Shown here: positions 57,845 to 64,000 of the stretch, piece by piece | Numbering within the stretch: the first letter of the stretch is position 1 | Layout: each line of letters starts with the position of its first letter | From: Octopus vulgaris | Lineage: Eukaryota | Assembly (NCBI GenBank): GCA_951406725.2 | Contig: OX597826.1 | Coordinates: forward strand, 54,374,001 to 54,438,000 | Length of the DNA: 64,000 nt | Direction: 5' to 3' | The notes under the pieces: model-generated | Told to the model about the DNA's origin: nothing | Databases searched by the model: none | What the model saw: only the letters and a program-made list of their open reading frames with translations | Position numbers and translations under genes: made by a program

Positions 57845-58019
57845 TGGCTTCAAAGTTTGGCACAACGCCAGCAATTTCGAAGGAGGTATTTATTTATCGA
57901 CTCTGTAGGAGTGGAAAGAGAAAGTCAGATCGGCGGAATTGGAACTCAGAACGTAAGGACGGATAAAATGCGGCAAAACATTTTGTTCGGCGCGTTAACG
58001 ATTCGGCCATCTCGCTGCC

Positions 58020-58086
<67 letters not shown>

Positions 58087-58099
58087 TAATAATAATAAC

Positions 58100-58159
<60 letters not shown>

Positions 58160-58510
58160 CCGTTCTATTATAGATATAAAGCCTGAAATTGAGGAATGGG
58201 AGAGGGTTAGTCGATTATATCGGCTCCAGTGTTTCACTGGTACTTAATTTATCGACCCCGAAAGGATGAAAGGCAAAGTTGACCTCGACATAAGTTGAAC
58301 TCAGAACGTAGCAACGGAAGAAATACCTATTTCTTTACTACCCGCAAGGGGCTAAGCACAGAGGAGACAAACAGGACAGAGAAAGGGATTAAGTCGATTA
58401 CATCGACCCCAGTGCGTAATTGGTACTTAATTTATCGACCCCGAAAGGATGAAAGGCAAAGTCGACCTCGGCGGAATTTGAACTCAGAACGTCTGCCAGC
58501 TCGCCGCCTA

Positions 58511-58542
<32 letters not shown>

Positions 58543-59130
58543 TAATAATAACCCTTTCTATTATAGATACAAAGTCTGAAATTGAGAAGGTGGAGAGGGT
58601 TAGTCGATTATATCGGCACCAGTGTTTCACTTGTACTTAATTTATCGACCCCGCAAGGATGAAAGGCAAAGTGGATCTCGACAGAAGTTGAACTCAGAAC
58701 GTAACAACGAGAGAAACACCGCTAAGTATTTCGCCCGGTGTGCTAACGATTCTGCCAGCTCGCCACCTTAATAATAATGGTTCAAAGTTTGCCACAAGGG
58801 AAGCAAGTTTGGGGAGAGGAAGTCTCAATTATATCGACCCCAGTGTTTTACTGGTACTTATCGACTCCGAAAGGATGAATGACTAAGTCGACTTCGCTTA
58901 ATAATAATAATAATCATTTTTACTATAGGCACAAGGCCTGGATTTTTGTGGAAGGGGAGACAATCGATTACATCGATCTCAGTACTTGACTGGTACTTAA
59001 TTTATTGGCACAGAAAGGATGAAAGGCAAAGTCGACCTTGGCAGAATTTGAACTCAGAACATGGAGACGCACGAAATATCGCTATGCATTTAATCCAACG
59101 TGCTAACGATTCTGCCAGCTCACCGCCTTA

Positions 59131-59206
<76 letters not shown>

Positions 59207-59217
59207 TAATAATAATA

Positions 59218-59254
<37 letters not shown>

Positions 59255-59367
59255 TAATCATAGTAATGATAATAATAGTAATAATAATAATAATAATAAT
59301 AGTAATAATAATAATAATAATAGTAATAATAATAATAATAATAGTAATAATAATAATGATAATAATA

Positions 59368-59442
<75 letters not shown>

Positions 59443-59575
59443 GTTTTATATTTTGCCCCAAGGGCAGTCATTTTGGGGGAGAAGATAAGTCAATTACATC
59501 GACCTCCAGTGTTTCACTGGTACTTAATTTATCGACTCCGAAATGATGAACAGCAAAGTCGACCTCGCTCAATAA
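57845..59575 (-). mobile_element. Cluster of ~7 SINE family A copies or fragments interleaved with long (TAA)n tracts
   Basis: Repeated GGTACTTAATTTATCGACCCCGAAAGGATGAAAGGCAAAGTCGACC and TCTGCCAGCTCGCCGCC. Confidence 0.85.
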
Positions 59576-59699
59576 TAATAACAGAACTTTATTTTATCGT
59601 CTTGAGAGTGATTACATATACGTTTGACCTCGAATGTTTCCGTACCGGAAGAAATTCTGTAAGGGCATTTCGTTCAACATTAACGATTTTGCAATTCTA

Positions 59700-60850
59700 C
59701 CTCCTTTTCGCCACCTACCAGTAGCAATTAAAACCGTGATTCTCTCCCCGTGCTGCTGCGAGGTTCGGCTCATTGCTATGCCATACGATTACAGATTTTA
59801 ATATGCAAATTTACATTGTCGTTATATATTTGCTCTTAACCAGACTCATACACAACCAGATTCAGCACTTTCACCGCATTTAATATAGGTATTTGAATCG
59901 CTATAGGAACTTGAAAGCATTGATATATTAAATTAGTAGTAGTAGTAGCAGCAGTGTGTGTGTGTGCGTGTGTGCTTGTCTGCGCGCACGTCTCTCTCTC
60001 TATATATATATATATAGACGCGCGCGCACACTCACACGTATATATGTATGTATATATGTGTAACGAACCTCGTGAGTGCGAATATCTTCTCTTGTACTTT
60101 CGGGGTACAAGAGGCAATCACTAGCCGTTGCTTTAATAATCCAGAATTCTACCAGTCAGAAACAACAAGACGCAGACGTAAAAGATATATATACTACTTT
60201 ATTCTCTTTCTTGGTAACAGTAACAATAAGTGGTTATCTGATGTCCTTGGTTCTGGGCGCGCAAGGCTGAAAGTTAATCGATTGTAATATTTACAATGTT
60301 CAGCCGCTAAAAACAGAACGGGTTAAAGATGGCGTCGAACAATGGAGACGATGTTGGTCTGCAATAATTTGGTTAAAGGCCTTTTGGTATGGTGCTGCTA
60401 GAATCAAGTTCGAACGGAGAGAAAATATATCGTGACCGTCGCCTTCAGTCGCTGCCGTCCCAAGTCCCCGCTGACTGCTGCTAGTGGTCAAACGTTCTAC
60501 GACCCCCTTGCCTCGCTAACTGCTACGTAGGCAATAGGGTTCTTCTTCCGGTGCTTCGTGCATGCGCGAGAGGGCCCTTCCTCTCTCTTGGTGAAGGCAC
60601 CAACACCACACGCGCGAAATAGAAAATGGACGGTGCGCGCGCGCGCACCGTTATAGGATCACTACATATGTATCGGCGTGTATGTGTGTGTGTGTATAAA
60701 GGTAGAAATATCACTAGATGTAATATTTTACGTCCGAAAAACACAGGGTTTCCCACAAAACTCCAGTCGAACGCAAGGCACGGTAGTTTCGTCTTAATTT
60801 ATCTCCTCAGTGACGAATACAACAGACATTCCGGCTGAAACCGAAAATGC
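59700..60850. promoter_or_regulatory. CpG-rich unique island, candidate promoter or first exon
   Basis: Non-repetitive and CpG-enriched; YY1-like AAGATGGCG at 60326, ETS-like CTTCCGG at 60545, NRF1-like GTGCATGCGC at 60558, E2F-like CGCGCGAAA at 60611, octamer ATGCAAAT at 59803. Confidence 0.45.
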
Positions 60851-61189
60851 TTGTCCTAGCGAAGAAATCAGTAAACAAAAAATTTACTGATTTGTGTTAC
60901 CCAAGCTAAAATTAAACCATTATACGCACTTGTAACTACATTAGATTAAATTACGTGAAAACAAACGTGGAACATCACGAGCGGTCATATTTTGTTTTAA
61001 CACTAAAAGCGATAGAATAAAAAAAACTGCGAGATGAAGAGATGGATACATATGTGTGGATGTGGGAGGTAAAGAAGAAGAAGGTGTGAGAGACATATGA
61101 AGAGGTAGAAGGGAGAGATTATCGATGGAATACAGACAAGGCATAAAAGACATTGAAACTGGGATCATTCCGCCTTTCATTCAGGTATT

Positions 61190-61455
61190 GCCTATCTAGG
61201 CTAATATATTCGATGTGTTATTTCTTCCTTTAGATGATATGATCCTTGGCGATCCAGATATTACTTTTTTGTTAAAATTGTTTATATTTCTTCAATACAC
61301 AAAATATCAAAAAAAATCTTTTATACAATTCCTAATAATATTTAATTATATAAATATAGAATTTTTAAGCATCGAATGGCTAGGAGGATCCATCTCAATA
61401 AAATAGGAATCAAAGAGGTCCATAGGTTGAAAAATAGTTGAGAAACACTGCTTTA
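61190..61455. mobile_element. hAT/Charlie-like MITE remnant
   Basis: End GGTCCATAGG..AATAGTTGAGAAACACTG resembles Charlie-type TIRs. Confidence 0.4.
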
Positions 61456-62567
61456 TACAATAGAGTAAATTTCGAAGGCGACTTATTTGTTGTTTCTGGT
61501 ATATCAAGTAACTCCGTCTCTGTCTTGGTTATTCCTCTGTAACTATCATTGTTTAGCGCAATGTTACTTCTGATTCAAAGATATTTCAGTCGTATCCATC
61601 TCACATTTTTTTTTGTCTACATTGGTGAATGTACCTTGCTAGTTGCAGGACGTTAACTTTGGATTTGAAGAAATGTAAGTTTTATTTGCAATAGGTTAAA
61701 CAACGACCTAGAACTTACTTGGTAGTGGTATATGTAATAATGGTATTGATGAGAACGAGGCTTTAACTGAAGAGGGTAAAATGGCGAATTAACGAAGCAT
61801 CGTCGTTAATATTGCGGGGAATTAAAAAAAAGGATATATATATATATACAATGCATTTCAAATTATTAACGATGTAACATCTTAAAAATTTTGCGTGTCA
61901 TGACATCGTAGCTGTTTATGTTAACTTTCCTTTATTTTTCTGTGGTATTGTTTATTGAAAACTGTAAAACACAATACCGATCTTAATGACGTTTATCAGC
62001 AAAATTCAGTTCATTAGAAGACGTGAAATAAATCTGTAATATAAAATTACAAGAAAACTTTACTTCAATTGTCAAAGTAGAGAGCTATATATCGTCAGCT
62101 GTTGTCTAAGTTTCTGGAAGTGCACAAACCATGACATCATATATAGGAATGCGAAAAGACAGTTTTAAGAACCAATGCTTAAATAGCAAGCCCACTCCTC
62201 ATATAAGAGTCACCATTGCATTATCAATTCGTATATAGCAATTGTTGGAGCATAACAAAGAAACCTTTAAGACCGAGTCTGGATTGAACTTCAGCAAGTG
62301 AACTTGTTTACGATTTATTCATACCACGCCTGCATGTGTATAAGATCCTAGGATCGAGGTGTAGGAAGAAAGTTAGCTTCAAGCAATCCATAGTAAATAT
62401 AAAAAAACAACTTTCAGGGGCAATAGTGGCTTATTCAGTTTTTCGTATCGAAGTACGATAAACTGACAAAAAGTTCTTTTTATATTTCATGGTTGGGCGA
62501 CCAGGGTTGTCGGGTATGCGAATAAGAACACGAGAGTTAAGGAATTGACAATATATATATATATATG

Positions 62568-62870
62568 TGTAAATATAATATGTGACAATTATTCGGTAGC
62601 CATGATAAAACTCCGAGTTTCGGATGTCGGGGCGGAAACCCACGCTGCCATCTCTTCAGTTGTCCGGCCATCGAAACATTTTCATAGCATTGTTTCGATG
62701 GCCGGCTAACTGAAGAGATGGCGGCGTGGATTTCCGCCCCGATATCCGAAACTCGGAGTTTTATCATGGCTACCGTATAATTGTCACATATTATATTTAC
62801 ATATAAATTCCTCTATTTATATAATATCGAGGTCTCTTTCATTCTTTTGTTGTCTTACCATTTCTATCAA
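62568..62870. mobile_element. Palindromic HHR-bearing element (111-bp arms, 12-bp spacer, short right tail)
   Basis: 62568-62678 is the near-perfect reverse complement of 62691-62801; (TA)n on both flanks. Confidence 0.85.
62701..62770 (+). ncRNA. Type I hammerhead ribozyme motif (mirror copy on minus strand, ~62599-62668)
   Basis: GGCUAA-CUGAAGA-GAU GGCGG..CCGCC..AUCC-GAAAC-UCGGA-GUU^UUAUC. Confidence 0.6.
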
Positions 62871-63469
62871 TATATATATATATATATATATTTTTTTTTT
62901 TTTCAATACTGGATCTTGAAGTACATAAATCTATAAATAATACAATAATACTATGTAAAAAATGGTTTGCAAAACCCAATTTGGAGAGAAATGGAGCAAT
63001 TGCCTCTCTGTGAGACTCGAACCAACATCTACTGAAAATGTAACAAACAAGATACCACTCGGCCGAACTAATTCTTTGTATTTCTCTGTCTTTATTTAGG
63101 AACTTTAATGTTATCGCCGTGAATTGTATATATTATTGACGTCATAAGAACTTTATAAACTGTCGAGACAATGTGAAATAACACACACACACCCACACAC
63201 ATGCAAAAACGTAAAAGATAGATTCTCACACGCTGACTAAACGTTTATAGTTAGACTCAAGCTGAGATTCAGTGTATAGCTTTTGTATGCGTGCGTGTTC
63301 ATGTGCGTGTGTGAGGAGGGCAAATTGGTTTTAGATTTATTCATAATATTTCTGAGAAATAAAGGAAGTCTATAACGCCATTATGGGAACCTACATAGGA
63401 TTCACACTACAACAGTTTCAGTGGAAGTCTTTAAATTATGCGTGTACACTGTATACTTCCATATATTAA

Positions 63470-63525
<56 letters not shown>

Positions 63526-63574
63526 CACCACTACTATTACGACGACGACGACGGCGACGAGGACCAACACCACC

Positions 63575-63637
<63 letters not shown>

Positions 63638-63657
63638 GCTGCTGCTGTTGCTACGGC

Positions 63658-63707
<50 letters not shown>

Positions 63708-63792
63708 CACACATACACACATGCACACACATATACATACATATAATTATGTATATACACATGAACAAATATGAGCATTTGTCGATAAGTCG

Positions 63793-63826
<34 letters not shown>

Positions 63827-64000
63827 CCACACATACACACACACATATATATTTATATGTATATATATATACACACACACTTATATATATATATGAATGT
63901 GTATGCCTATCTAATTTTGTACCTGTCTATTCGTAGACTGTTATATGTGCATACGTACGTACACACACACACACGCACACACACATATATACACCCAGAC
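63470..64000. repeat. (CTA)n/(CAC)n/(GAC)n/(TA)n/(CA)n microsatellites
   Basis: Directly visible. Confidence 0.95.

Noticed and set aside
60329-60367. ATGGCGTCGAAC... as a coding start (MASNNGDDVGLQ*)
   Set aside because: Stops after 12 codons with no convincing splice donor; treated as a YY1-like motif or uORF only.

Overview
Eukaryotic, AT-rich, repeat-saturated DNA. The dense (TA)n/(CA)n/(TAA)n/(CAT)n/(CTAT)n microsatellites and the tRNA-like SINE families resemble an octopus (cephalopod) genome; this is an inference from repeat content. No intact host protein-coding gene is supportable, and almost all listed ORFs are translated microsatellites. Recognisable content is decayed transposable elements: mariner, Tc1, hAT and Tigger-like DNA transposons; RTE, Dong/R4 and Tx1/L1 LINE fragments; several Penelope-like element (PLE) fragments; and three or four SINE families. 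The most notable signal is a set of hammerhead-ribozyme (HHR) motifs in non-coding PLE-type elements. The two best are a young 588-bp tandem-plus-inverted, retrozyme-like element (46907-48217) with two long-stem-II type I HHRs, and a 234-bp palindrome (62568-62801) with an HHR motif on each strand. A CpG-rich promoter-like island lies at about 59.7-60.85 kb, and a candidate minus-strand exon at 43874-44031. All coordinates were read by eye, so ends of decayed repeats are approximate.
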